A stretch of DNA of 64,000 nucleotides from Faecousia sp. (lineage in GTDB: Bacteria > Bacillota > Clostridia > Oscillospirales > Oscillospiraceae). The notes beneath the pieces are model-generated. The model had not been told where the DNA came from. It saw only the letters and a list, made by a program, of their open reading frames with translations, and did not search any database. The stretch spans positions 1,161-65,160 of the forward strand of contig JAZSGN010000030.1 of NCBI GenBank assembly GCA_045532755.1, in the 5' to 3' direction. Shown here piece by piece: positions 34,434-45,681 of the stretch. The stretch's first letter is position 1. Each line of letters opens with the position of its first letter. The position numbers and the translations under genes are program-made.

Positions 34434-35783
34434 ATGAATTTTGCGGAATTTAAGGAAATCGCCATTGCCGAAGCCAAGGCGCTGGGCATTGCGGAATACG
34501 AGCTTTACTATCAGGCGGCGGAGAGCACCTCCGTTTCCGCCTTCCAGCATGAACTGAACCAGTTTACCTCCGCGGTGGACGGCGGCGTGTGCTTCCGCTG
34601 CATCGTAGGCGGCCGCATGGGCTACGCCTCCACGGAAAACCTCTGCGCCGAAGAGGCTAAGGCCATCGTTCACCGGGCCGCCGGCAACGCCGCCGTTCTG
34701 GAGGCCGATGAAGCGGTGTTCTTGGGCGAGGGCGGCAAGGTCTATGAGAAGATCCACCGCGCCCCCATCACCCTGCCCACCACCGAGGAGCTGATCGCCA
34801 CGGTGCTGGCCACTCAGGAGCAGCTTTACGCCGCCGACCCGGCGGTGATCGACGGCAGCTCCACCCAGGGCATCACGGAAGTGAGCCGGCTGGCCATCGT
34901 CAACTCCCGGGGTCTGGATCTGAGCTATGAGAACGCTCTGGCGGGCGTGGTGGTTGCCGCCGTTGTGACCAACGGGCAGGAAATGGCCAACGACTACCAG
35001 ATCAAGATCGGCGACCCCGCCGCCATCGACACCGCTGCCCTGACCAAAAAGGCAGCCGCCACCGCCCTGAGCAAGCTGGGCGGCGAGCCCGCCCCCACCG
35101 GCCAGTACCCGGTGGTGTTCGACAGCGAAGCCATGAGCGACCTGCTCAGCACCTTCGCCTCCATCTTCTCTTCGGAAGCTGCCCAGAAGGGTCTTTCCAA
35201 GCTGGCCGGCCGGGAGGGTGAAGTGATTGCCGCCGACTGCGTGACCTTGGTGGACGACCCCTTCCACCCCGAAAATCCCATGCCCATGCCCTTCGATGCC
35301 GAGGGTACGCCCACGGCTAAGAAGAATATCATCGAAAAGGGCAAGCTCTGCACCCTGCTGTACAACCTGAAGACCGCCGCCGTCGCCGGCGTGCAGACCA
35401 CCGGCAACGCCTCCAAGGCGGGCTACGATTCCTCCGTCATGGTGCGGCCCTTTACCATGTATCTGGCCGGCGGCGAAATGACCGAGGAGCAGCTGCTGGC
35501 GAAGGTGGGCAACGGCGTGTACATCAACTCTCTGGGCGGCCTCCACGCCGGCGCCAACCCGGTTTCCGGCGACTTCTCCCTGCAGAGCGCGGGCTACATG
35601 ATCGAAAACGGCGTGAAGACCACCGCCGTCAAGTCCTTCACCGTAGCGGGCAATTTCTACGACCTGCTGAAGAATATCGTAGCTGCCGCCGATAATGTGC
35701 AGCTGCCTGCCGCCATGGGCATGACCGCCTTCGGCGCGCCCAGCGTGTGGGTAGACGGCCTGAGCATCGCGGGCAAGTCGTAA
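34434..35783 (+). CDS. pmbA: TldE/PmbA subunit
   Basis: PFDAEG, TTGNA and N.VSGDFS. Lacks HExxH and follows tldD. Confidence 0.88.
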   Translation: MNFAEFKEIAIAEAKALGIAEYELYYQAAESTSVSAFQHELNQFTSAVDGGVCFRCIVGGRMGYASTENLCAEEAKAIVHRAAGNAAVLEADEAVFLGEGGKVYEKIHRAPITLPTTEELIATVLATQEQLYAADPAVIDGSSTQGITEVSRLAIVNSRGLDLSYENALAGVVVAAVVTNGQEMANDYQIKIGDPAAIDTAALTKKAAATALSKLGGEPAPTGQYPVVFDSEAMSDLLSTFASIFSSEAAQKGLSKLAGREGEVIAADCVTLVDDPFHPENPMPMPFDAEGTPTAKKNIIEKGKLCTLLYNLKTAAVAGVQTTGNASKAGYDSSVMVRPFTMYLAGGEMTEEQLLAKVGNGVYINSLGGLHAGANPVSGDFSLQSAGYMIENGVKTTAVKSFTVAGNFYDLLKNIVAAADNVQLPAAMGMTAFGAPSVWVDGLSIAGKS

Positions 35784-35902
35784 ATTGTATATTCCCCATC
35801 GGGACACCCCCTTCCGGGTGTCCCGGTTTTTTATTGGAGGGCGGAATCCGTTTCTGCTTTCTATCGATCCTTTTCGTAGGGGCGATCTGCGATCGCCCGA
35901 TT

Positions 35903-36039
35903 ACGGATTGCGCCCTGAGCGCGCAGCGCGAGGAAGTGCCCTTGGGGTGCCACGCCGCTGCGCGGCTCGCAATGACAGGTCAATTTGAAAGTTTCTTCTG
36001 TCATTCCGAGCCAGTGGTTACACCGGCGTGGGAATCCGT
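35903..36039. repeat. Family B doublet carrying module C
   Basis: As at 6727-6863. Confidence 0.85.
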
Positions 36040-36147
36040 TTCCCTTTTCGGCGGGAGTAAACCACGCCGGGGGGATATAATATAAAATGTACAGTATGGG
36101 CTGGGGGCGGGGGTGAAATTCTGTGAAAAATTGCGCTATGGCTTTGA

Positions 36148-37554
<1,407 letters not shown>

Positions 37555-37564
37555 GAGAATATAG

Positions 37565-37597
37565 AAAACCCGCCGGGAGCGCCCCCGGCGGGTTTTT
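37565..37597 (+). terminator. Intrinsic terminator after gdhA
   Basis: AAAACCCGCCGGG/CCCGGCGGGTTTTT. Confidence 0.8.
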
Positions 37598-37612
37598 GTT
37601 GTTTGAGGAAGG

Positions 37613-38287
37613 CGGATTGCCACATCGTCGGAGCAAAGGCTGCAATGTTCCATTTCCCCCAAGGGGGAAATTCCACCCGCAGGCCTTGCCCCTCCTCCCC
37701 CCACAAAGGCCATTCGCCTTTGCGGGGACCCCGTTTGCAAGCCTCGCAATGACAGGGAAACTTGAAAGCTTACTCTGTCATTCCGAGCCTGCGAAGCAGG
37801 CGTGGCACCCCAAGGGCACTTCCTCGCGCTTCGCGCTCAGGGCGGAATCCGTTCTCCACCTCATCAGCGACTCGCCAAGAGCCGCCTGCGGCGGTTGCTC
37901 GCTTGCATGGCGCCTGCGGGCGCTCACGTCACGCCTTACGGCGTGCCACCTTCTCCTCAAGGAGAAGGCTTTTTCGGGCGAACACAGTTCGCCCCTACAA
38001 GAGCCGTCGAACCTTTTCTTCGTAGGGGCGATCTTGGATCGCCCGATACGAGAGGACACGGATTGCCACGGCTTGCTCTGCAAGCCTCGCAATGACAAGG
38101 AAACTTGAAAGCTTACTCTGTCATTCCGAGCCTGCGAAGCAGGCGTGGGAATCCGTTCTTTGCGGGCGAACACAGTTCGCCCCTACATTCCAGCGATATG
38201 GAGGCCGAAGGCCCGTATCGAGGACAAAGCGGTAACGATACCGGGCGGGTCAGGGAAGTAACGACCTTCCCAAAAGGCTTGGAGCGA
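37613..38287. repeat. Composite repeat island: B+D+C (37613-37852), E variant, I, H doublet, B (38058-38156), H, G (38231-38287)
   Basis: Each unit matches copies elsewhere in the window. The island fills the gap between convergent genes. Confidence 0.85.
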
Positions 38288-38295
38288 AGAAAAAA

Positions 38296-39645
38296 TTAGG
38301 ACATGTGGGCGGTGTCGAGGCAGTTGTTGAGGACATAGCCCACGAAGTCGGGGCTGCTGCGGCGCAGGGCATCCAGGCAATCGTTGATATCCCGGACACG
38401 GACATAGTCCTCTCTTGCCACCAGAATCGCCGCGTCCGCAACTCCCGCCAGGGCCTCCGTATCCGCCGCCACCAGCATGGGGGGCGAATCCAGGATCACA
38501 TAGTCGTATTCCTCCCGCAGCGCCTGCAGGCATTGGGCCAGCTTCGGCGATGTGATGAGCCGCTGGGGATACTTGCAGCCGGCGGCGTTGACGCCCACCG
38601 TCAGAGGGTGCTTTTTCAGCCGGATCAGGAAGTCCCCTTCCCCATCCTCCTGGGTCAGATACTTACCGAAGTCCTTGCCCTCGGCAACCTGCACCTCGAA
38701 AATCTTATGCACCGCAGGCTTGCGGAAGTCGCAGTCCAGCAGCACCACCCGCTTGTCCCGGGCCGCCAGACCCAGCGCCAGATTGGCTGCTACGGTGGAC
38801 TTGCCCTCGTTTTCGCCGGCGGAGCTGACCAGAATCACCTTCTGCCCCCGCTTACGCATGTGGTACTCCAGCTTGGAGCAAAGGCTCTGGTTATCCTCCC
38901 GGAACCCGGTGGAGGTAAAGGCCGAGGTGACCAGCGGCGCCACATTCTTTTTCTTCCGGGCCGCCCGGAAGGTCTTGTTCTTGATCTCATGGCGAATGGG
39001 CCGCAGCAGCCGCCCATCCAGACGGCGGCGGGCCGCCGCGGGGGTCTGAGCCGTAGAGCGCAGCACCGACAGCGCCACGATCAGCGCCACCGTCAGGCAG
39101 AAGGCCGCCACCGCCCCCAGCTTTTTCATGGACTCCACGCTGCCGGAATTGGAGGGGCTGCGGGGAACTTCCGGGTCTTTGATCACATTCAGCACCGCGT
39201 TGGCGAACATGGTCTCGGCAAACTCGGGGTAGGTATCGATGACATGGTTCAGCGCCCGGAAGGCCTGCTCCGGATTGGAGGACACCACGCTGACCACCAC
39301 CAGATTGGTGTTGGGAACGGTGCGGGTCGCGATGTAGCCCCTGAGCGGCTCGCCCAGTTTCTGCTCTACCTTTTCCCGGAGAATGGTGCTTTCAAAGACC
39401 TCCGAGAACACCTGCGCCATATTGGTGGTCAGGTTCAGGGAGCTGTAAGCGCCGGCGCTGCCCTTGGCGGAAACCACAAGGGTGGTGGAAGAAGTGTACT
39501 GGGGGGTGTAGTTCAGCTTGCCGTAGGCGGAAACGCCCATCCACACCGCCAGTGCCATCAGCACCGCCACCCAGATATTACGCAGCACATCCAGGGCAAG
39601 GCGCAGGGGGTTGATTTCATCGAAGCGGATCATTTTTTCGTCCAT
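38296..39645 (-). CDS. Fused polysaccharide co-polymerase / BY-kinase with intact catalytic motifs and no Tyr tail
   Basis: Wzz-like two-TM N-terminal part. Walker A ENEGKST, A' LDCDFRKP and B ILDSPP. Confidence 0.85.
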   Translation of the reverse strand: MDEKMIRFDEINPLRLALDVLRNIWVAVLMALAVWMGVSAYGKLNYTPQYTSSTTLVVSAKGSAGAYSSLNLTTNMAQVFSEVFESTILREKVEQKLGEPLRGYIATRTVPNTNLVVVSVVSSNPEQAFRALNHVIDTYPEFAETMFANAVLNVIKDPEVPRSPSNSGSVESMKKLGAVAAFCLTVALIVALSVLRSTAQTPAAARRRLDGRLLRPIRHEIKNKTFRAARKKKNVAPLVTSAFTSTGFREDNQSLCSKLEYHMRKRGQKVILVSSAGENEGKSTVAANLALGLAARDKRVVLLDCDFRKPAVHKIFEVQVAEGKDFGKYLTQEDGEGDFLIRLKKHPLTVGVNAAGCKYPQRLITSPKLAQCLQALREEYDYVILDSPPMLVAADTEALAGVADAAILVAREDYVRVRDINDCLDALRRSSPDFVGYVLNNCLDTAHMS

Positions 39646-40470
39646 TTATTCCGCCTCCTCTACCACTACCGTCAGGTAGGTGCGGCCCTCGCCGGCAGAA
39701 TCGGCGCAGCTGATGATCAGCTGGTAGCAGCCGGGGGTCTGGGTGTCCACCACGCCCAGCACGCTGGCCTGCTGCTTGGAGATGGCAGCGCCGTTGGTGC
39801 CGGTGATGGAAAGGATCAGGTCATAGGGGTCGAAGGCTTCGCCGGGGGCAACATAGCAGATGTACTCCGAAAGCTGGATCACCGGCCCGGCGGTGCGCCG
39901 CTCCTGCACCACCACGCACAGCTCCACCTGCTGCCGGTCGCCATGGGAATTGGTGACCTCCAGCAGCACCGGGTAGGTGCCGGCGGTGTAGTTGCTGACA
40001 TCGCTGGCTACCACCTTGATCTTGTCGGTGATGTCGCCATCGAGGCAGTCTTCCGCGGAAACATAGTTGAGGTAGCGCAGGTTTTCGCCCCGCTGGAACA
40101 CCAGCGGCACGGAAAGACGGAACCGGGGGGCGGTGTAGTCGCTGTAGCACACCCGGCGGGTGGCGGTGGCGCAGTTGCGGTGGGAGTCGAACACCACATA
40201 GTCGATGTTGAACACCCCGGGCTCCAGAAAATAAGAGGTGGATGCCACCAGAATTTTTTCTGTCAGGTCGCCGTCCTGAGGGTCGGAGGCGGTGAGCCCC
40301 TGCAGCAGGGCTTCCGGCGGGTCGTTGACGGAAACCGTCAGGTACTCGCTGTCGCACTGGAGGCTGGGGCCTTCGGTATTATGCTCTTGCCGGTAGCGGT
40401 TGCCGGCCCACAGGTTCACCGCAAGGCTCAGCGCAAAGGCCACTACCGCCAGAATTCTCAGTATTCTCAT
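39646..40470 (-). CDS. Membrane-anchored or secreted Ig-like (DUF5011-type) protein
   Basis: N-terminal hydrophobic segment, LTASDPQDGDLT, AEDCLDGDIT and VDTQTPG repeats. Confidence 0.7.
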   Translation of the reverse strand: MRILRILAVVAFALSLAVNLWAGNRYRQEHNTEGPSLQCDSEYLTVSVNDPPEALLQGLTASDPQDGDLTEKILVASTSYFLEPGVFNIDYVVFDSHRNCATATRRVCYSDYTAPRFRLSVPLVFQRGENLRYLNYVSAEDCLDGDITDKIKVVASDVSNYTAGTYPVLLEVTNSHGDRQQVELCVVVQERRTAGPVIQLSEYICYVAPGEAFDPYDLILSITGTNGAAISKQQASVLGVVDTQTPGCYQLIISCADSAGEGRTYLTVVVEEAE

Positions 40471-40481
40471 AGGCTTCTCCT

Positions 40482-41210
40482 TTACAGCGGCTCGTTTTGG
40501 CAGATCCGCAGAGGATTCTCCCAGAACAGCCGCCGGGCGGTGTCCGGGGAATAATGGAGGCTGATGTAGTCGTAGACATCGGCGAGGAAGTTGGTGCGGC
40601 GGGTGCTGCCGTGGGCATCGGAGGCGATGCAGGCTGCCATGCTGCGGCTTAGCAGATGGTCTGCCGCCCGCTTGGCTTCATAGCCGAATTTGCCCAGAAT
40701 GCTGCCGCCGGTCAGCTGCAGCTGGCAGCCCAGCGCCAGCCAGTCGTCGGCGCAGCCCGGGTCTTCCCACATGGCGGCGCAGCGCTCCGGGTGGGCCACC
40801 ACCGGGGTGTAGCCCATGTCGAGGATTTTTCGCAGCATGCCGGTGCAGTAGCCCGGGGAGGCATCGGCGGCGAACTCTGTTAAAAGATAGCGGCTGCCGT
40901 TGAGGGTCAGGAGCTTTCCCTGCCGCAGCAGGGTCAAAAGGGAATCGTTGGCCCGGACTTCCATACCCGCCAGAATGTGGATGGGGATGCCCGCCTCCAC
41001 CGCGCCGGTGCGAAGCCGCCGCAGCAGGTTCAGGAATTCCGGGGTGTAGTGGTTCTCGCAGAAGCCGGGGATGTTGCAATGGGGCGTTACCACCACCGCC
41101 TTCACATCCGATGCCACCGCGTTGCGGAGCATCTCCATGGCCTCGGCCATGTCCGCCGCCCCGTCGTCAATGCCGGGAAGGATGTGGGTATGCAGATCGA
41201 TGATTTTCAT
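40482..41210 (-). CDS. PHP-family tyrosine phosphatase (CpsB/CapC/YwqE-like)
   Basis: DLHTHILPGIDDG, TPH, AHPER and ASDAH. Confidence 0.9.
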   Translation of the reverse strand: MKIIDLHTHILPGIDDGAADMAEAMEMLRNAVASDVKAVVVTPHCNIPGFCENHYTPEFLNLLRRLRTGAVEAGIPIHILAGMEVRANDSLLTLLRQGKLLTLNGSRYLLTEFAADASPGYCTGMLRKILDMGYTPVVAHPERCAAMWEDPGCADDWLALGCQLQLTGGSILGKFGYEAKRAADHLLSRSMAACIASDAHGSTRRTNFLADVYDYISLHYSPDTARRLFWENPLRICQNEPL

Positions 41211-41226
41211 GTTGTCACATTCCTCT

Positions 41227-41407
41227 CCGGGGTGCCCCCGGTGTCAATTCGTGATTGGTCTTCTGCGAAGGTCGTTACTTCCCTGACCCGCTCGGTATCG
41301 TTACCGCTCGGTTGTCGGTAGTTCTTAATTGGGTGCCCCCGGTGTCAGTACGCATTTAGTCTTTTGGAAAGGTCGTTTCTGCCTTGCCTTGCCCGGTATC
41401 GTTACCG
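41227..41407 (-). repeat. Two family G copies in reverse orientation
   Basis: AAGGTCGTTACTTCCCTGACCCGCTCGGTATCGTTACC and CCCCCGGTGTCA, each in two variant copies. Confidence 0.8.
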
Positions 41408-41438
41408 TTTGGTCATCGAAACAAAGTAAGGGAGTGTT

Positions 41439-41538
41439 ACGGATTGCCACGGCTTGCGCTGCAAGCCTCGCAATGACACGGGAAATTCGATAGTTTTCTC
41501 TGTCATTCCGAGGGAGCGAAGCGACCGTGGGAATCCGT
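41439..41538. repeat. Family B doublet without inserts
   Basis: ACGGATTGCCAC...CTCGCAATGACA...TGTCATTCCGAG...GGGAATCCGT. Confidence 0.85.
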
Positions 41539-41592
41539 TCTCCCTGCGCTGTGCGCTCAGTGTGGAACCCGCTGCTTTCGTTTTTAAGGAAA

Positions 41593-43095
41593 TTACTCCG
41601 CGGAGCCGTAGGAGCTGTAGCCGTAGCCCTTCTTTTTGCCCTTGCGGCTGCCGTAGCCATAGCCGTAGCCGCCGTGGCGGCCGTAACTGCGGCCGGAGTA
41701 GCCGTACTTGCCGTAGCTGTAGCCATAGCTGTAGCCGTAGCCGCCCAGACCGCCCCGAGCGAAATTCAGCACGCCGCCCAGAAGCTGGGCATCGAACCGG
41801 TTTAAGTCCTCTACCGCATCCATCAGCCGGTTTCGCTTCAAATTATCCTGCCGGATCACGCACAGCAGGCCGTCGCACAGCTCGATGCCCGGCGCTGCCT
41901 GACCCATCCGGTCGCAGGCAGGCAGATCCACGATCACATAGTCCACCGTGTTCTTGGCGGCATCCATCAGCGCCTTCAGCCGGGGAGCGAAGGTCACCAG
42001 CTCCGTATCGGTCAGCGCCCGGGTGCAGGCCGCCATCCAGAGGGTGTCGGTTTTGTCCTTCACCAGCACATCCGCCAGCTGGCAGCTGCCCTCCAGGAAG
42101 GCTTCCAGCCCCTGACCCCGGCGGCTGCGCTTGCGGGGATTGTGGAAATGGGCATCCAGATAGATCACCCGCTTGCCGGCCTCCGCCAGGGCGATGGCCA
42201 CATTCTTGGCAACGGTGGTCGCGCCCTCGCCTTCGGCGGCGGCGGTGATGCCTAAGATCCGGCCGCCCTGCTTCTGCAGCTGGCTCACCGCCCGCAGGGC
42301 AAGCCCCCGGAAGCACTCCTGAAAGCCGAAGCCGGTCTTGTCGTTGCGGATGGAAACGGTGGTATCGATCTTCTGGGTTCTGCGCTTGAACCGCACCTGC
42401 GGCACAACGCCCAGAGAGGTCAGCCGCAGCTTCTGCTCCATCTCGTCTTCCCGGCGGATGGTGGTGCGGGTCAGGGCGTACAGCGCCAGCATACCCAGAA
42501 ACAGCATCAGACCCAGCGTGCCGTACTTGACGCTGGCGCCCACCCACTGGAGCTGGTTATAGGGCGCTTCCGGCAGCCGGGGCGGGTCGATCATGTGCAG
42601 GGAAATTTCGCCCAGCACATACTCTGCCACCGCCGGATAGTTCTTCACCACCGAATTCAGCACCGCCAGCGCAAGCTCCGGGCTGCCGCCGGTGACGGAA
42701 AGGGTGAAGAGGTTGGAATTGGACACGGGGTTCGCCTGAATGATGCCGGGAATGTAGGACATTTTCAGGTCTTCCTTGATGCGGTCGGTCAGAAGGTCCG
42801 ACTGCAGAATATAGGGGAAGGTGGACACCAGCTGGCTGGCGGTCGTCTTATCGTAGTAGAAGGAATAGTCGTAGTCGGAAGTGCCGGCCTGCTGGGTGTT
42901 GACGGTGAAGGAGGCCTCGCACCGGTACATGGGTTGGTAGCTGCGGATCTGCCGCAGGCCGCCGAAGGCCGCCAGCGCCGCCACAAGGAGCAGCCCCACA
43001 TACCAGTATTTCACAAAACCCCGGATGGCATCCTGCAGAAACAGCCCCACATCTACGGTCTGCTCGGCATCGCCGCTGTGTTTGGGATCAGCCAT
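41593..43095 (-). CDS. Fused co-polymerase / BY-pseudokinase with a 14-Tyr C-terminal tail
   Basis: Wzz-like N-terminal part. Walker A EGEGATT (no Lys), A' LDAH and B VDLPA. Gly/Tyr tail. Confidence 0.8.
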   Translation of the reverse strand: MADPKHSGDAEQTVDVGLFLQDAIRGFVKYWYVGLLLVAALAAFGGLRQIRSYQPMYRCEASFTVNTQQAGTSDYDYSFYYDKTTASQLVSTFPYILQSDLLTDRIKEDLKMSYIPGIIQANPVSNSNLFTLSVTGGSPELALAVLNSVVKNYPAVAEYVLGEISLHMIDPPRLPEAPYNQLQWVGASVKYGTLGLMLFLGMLALYALTRTTIRREDEMEQKLRLTSLGVVPQVRFKRRTQKIDTTVSIRNDKTGFGFQECFRGLALRAVSQLQKQGGRILGITAAAEGEGATTVAKNVAIALAEAGKRVIYLDAHFHNPRKRSRRGQGLEAFLEGSCQLADVLVKDKTDTLWMAACTRALTDTELVTFAPRLKALMDAAKNTVDYVIVDLPACDRMGQAAPGIELCDGLLCVIRQDNLKRNRLMDAVEDLNRFDAQLLGGVLNFARGGLGGYGYSYGYSYGKYGYSGRSYGRHGGYGYGYGSRKGKKKGYGYSSYGSAE

Positions 43096-44851
43096 GGTTT
43101 TCCTCCTTTTCTTCCAGTTCTTTTCGCTCGTCGGCAGACAGCTTATGCAGCTGCCCCCCTGCCACCCGGTAGACCCGGCGGCACATTTTCAGCACCGTGG
43201 GGCGGTGGGTGGTGATGATGCAGGTGCGGCCGCCGGCGTGGCGCATGATATTTTCCAGCACCTGTTTTTCGGTTTTCGGGTCGAGGGCCGAGGTGGCCTC
43301 GTCCAGCAGCAGCACCGGCGAGCGCAAAAGCAGCGCCCGGGCGATCATCAGCCGCTGGATCTGACCCTGAGAAAAGCCGCCGCCCTGCTCCTGCACCGGC
43401 TCGTCCAGACCCAGGGTCTGGCGCTTGACAAAATTCTCGGCGCAGGCCAGCCGCAGCACTTCCCAAAGCTCCTCGTCGGTGGCATCGGGCTTGACAAGCC
43501 GCAGGTTTTGGGCCACCGTGCCGGAGAACAGAGTGCAGCGCTGGGGGACATAGGCAAAGAGGCTTCGGGTTCCCGGGCTTACCGGCAGCGAAAAGCTGCC
43601 CTCTGCCCGGATTTCTCCGGCCTGAGGTTCTACCAGACCCAGAATCAGCCGCAGAAGGGTGGTCTTGCCCTCGCCGGAGGCGCCCACAAGGGCCACTACC
43701 TGAGAAGGCTCTGCCCGGAAGGAGGCGTTTTCCAGCACCTTCTGCCCCTTGCGGTAGGCAAAGCTGACCCCCTCCCCTACCACCGTGATGCCGCCGGGGC
43801 TGGTGCGTGCCAGCTTTTCCGCTTCAGCGCGGGCGGAATCGTCTTCCTGGGGCAGGTCGATGATGGTGAGGATTCGCCCCGCGGCGGTGGCGGCGGCGAT
43901 GATGCCGGGGAACAGATACACCAGCGCGGAAAACGCGCCGGAAAGGGAGGTGGACATCTGCAAAAAGAGGGTCATGGTGCCGTAGGTGATGTGGCCGCTC
44001 CACAGCCGGTACACGCCCCAGCCGAAGCAAACCATGGTCACCACCGTGCCGACCAGACTCAGCAGGGCGTTGGTGCCTACATGGAGGCGGTTGTAGTCCA
44101 TGGAGGCGGCGTGGAAGTCCCCCTGCACCTGCCGCAGCCGGCGGCTGTAGGAATCCGCCAGACCCAGCGCCTTGATGGGCTGCACATTCTGGAAGGATTC
44201 CTCGTTGAAGGCCATCAGCCGGGAGCTGAGGCTGCGAAGGGTTTTATTATGGCTGCGAAGCCGGGGCAGCACCGCGCCGGAAACCAGCATGGTCACCGGG
44301 GCGCTCAGCAGCGCCAGCAGCGCAAGGGTGGCATCGTAGCGCAGGATGATCAGAAGCGTTCCCAGCAGCTGGGCGCAGCGGGTAATCAAATCCGGCAGCC
44401 AGCTCAGCACGCTGCCGGCTACGGCGGCAACATCGTTGTCGACGCGGTTGAGGATGTCGCCGGAATGAAACTCCGCAAGGCTCTCCCACTGGCCGTTCAT
44501 GACCCGGTCGTAGACCTCGCCCCGAAGCTGCTGGTCCACCCGCAGGCGGATGTCCGCGCTGATGCGGCCGGAAAGGGCGTTGAAGCCGATGCGAAACAGC
44601 TGCATCGCCACATAGAACACCGCCAGCGGCAGCAGCGCCGGGGAATTATAGCCGGTTACGGCATCGATGATGTGCTTGCTGAGGATGCCTGCCCCCAGAC
44701 TCATGGCGGTGGACAGCAGACCCAGCGCCGTGTAGAACAGCACCGCGCAGCGGTGGTTTCGGGAGCAGCGGAAGATGAAGCCCAGCTCCCGCAGCACATG
44801 GCGGTAGGAGCCGTCTTTGATTTTGGCGATCAGCGTCCGAAATGCGTTCAT
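43088..44851 (-). CDS. ABC exporter (fused TMD-NBD, no C39 peptidase domain)
   Basis: TM domain, GASGEGKTT, FSQGQIQR and LLDEATSALD. Confidence 0.9.
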   Translation of the reverse strand: MNAFRTLIAKIKDGSYRHVLRELGFIFRCSRNHRCAVLFYTALGLLSTAMSLGAGILSKHIIDAVTGYNSPALLPLAVFYVAMQLFRIGFNALSGRISADIRLRVDQQLRGEVYDRVMNGQWESLAEFHSGDILNRVDNDVAAVAGSVLSWLPDLITRCAQLLGTLLIILRYDATLALLALLSAPVTMLVSGAVLPRLRSHNKTLRSLSSRLMAFNEESFQNVQPIKALGLADSYSRRLRQVQGDFHAASMDYNRLHVGTNALLSLVGTVVTMVCFGWGVYRLWSGHITYGTMTLFLQMSTSLSGAFSALVYLFPGIIAAATAAGRILTIIDLPQEDDSARAEAEKLARTSPGGITVVGEGVSFAYRKGQKVLENASFRAEPSQVVALVGASGEGKTTLLRLILGLVEPQAGEIRAEGSFSLPVSPGTRSLFAYVPQRCTLFSGTVAQNLRLVKPDATDEELWEVLRLACAENFVKRQTLGLDEPVQEQGGGFSQGQIQRLMIARALLLRSPVLLLDEATSALDPKTEKQVLENIMRHAGGRTCIITTHRPTVLKMCRRVYRVAGGQLHKLSADERKELEEKEENHG

Positions 44852-44915
44852 GGCGAAAGTTCCTTTTCAAAGATGGGGGTTCTGGAGAATGCGAAGTGTT
44901 TTGTAGGAGGTGGAT

Positions 44916-45079
44916 ATCGCTTCCCCCGGGGGGGAAGCTGTCAGCGTTAGCTGACTGAAGAGGAATGCGGGCGGAAAGCTGGAGGTCTACTGAAGCTATC
45001 AGACCTTTTCTATGGTCGGTTCTGCCGCCGTTCCTCTCCCGCCCCCTTCGGGGGCACCCTCTCCCCGGGAGAGGGTATT
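44916..45079 (+). repeat. Family A copy 5
   Basis: Same ends and hairpins as copy 1. Confidence 0.9.
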
Positions 45080-45096
45080 GGCGCAAGCTAAGAAAG

Positions 45097-45543
45097 TCAG
45101 CGCCGCAGGAGGCGCAGGAGGTAGGGGCGCAGGGGGCGAAGGAAATGCCAAAGGGCGCTGCGAAGCTGATGCCGAAAACTGCCCCACTCTACCCAATCGT
45201 TGTCTTTTTCGCAGATCCACACCGCGGCGGCAAGGATCTGATCCCGGTGGATCTTCTCCGGCTGCTGCTGGGCATCGCCGCAGACGGTGACCTCGTCACC
45301 CCGGATGCGGACGATCCGGTGGAGTATGTAGCGGCCATTGTCCCGGCGGTAGAACACCACCTGCCAGCGGCGCAGCTCTTCCGGCCGCTTCAAAAGCACA
45401 TGGGAGCTGCCGTTATGCAGAAACGGCTCCATGCTGCTGCCTGTAACGGTGAGGGTGAAATGGCCGCCTGCCGCCAGCTCCGACCGGATGGCTGTGATCA
45501 GGGTGTCGCCGTCGACAATGCGGCGGCCGGTGTTTTGGATCAT
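45097..45543 (-). CDS. S24/S26-family peptidase (Ser-His type)
   Basis: VTGSSMEPFL and YILHRIV...GD. No N-terminal TM anchor. Confidence 0.8.
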   Translation of the reverse strand: MIQNTGRRIVDGDTLITAIRSELAAGGHFTLTVTGSSMEPFLHNGSSHVLLKRPEELRRWQVVFYRRDNGRYILHRIVRIRGDEVTVCGDAQQQPEKIHRDQILAAAVWICEKDNDWVEWGSFRHQLRSALWHFLRPLRPYLLRLLRR

Positions 45544-45594
45544 GGCGGCTCCCCCTTTCGGCGTGGTCCGATAATTGTCCCACTTTATCTCTCT

Positions 45595-45623
45595 ATTATA
45601 ACGCCCCGGGGCGGATTATACAA
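45595..45623 (-). promoter_or_regulatory. Possible internal sigma-A promoter
   Basis: TTGTAT-17 bp-TATAAT on the - strand upstream of the peptidase. Confidence 0.5.
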
Positions 45624-45681
45624 CCCCTTTGCAGAAGAAAAATCGGCGTGTGAGGGGTTCTCACACGCCGCTATTTCTAAA

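Noticed and set aside
37596-38299. Small ORFs in repeat islands (also at 4.0-4.4, 6.7-7.4, 9.5-9.9, 15.0-15.3 and 62.9-63.4 kb)
   Set aside because: The same peptides recur wherever the repeats occur, so they are translation artefacts of palindromic DNA.
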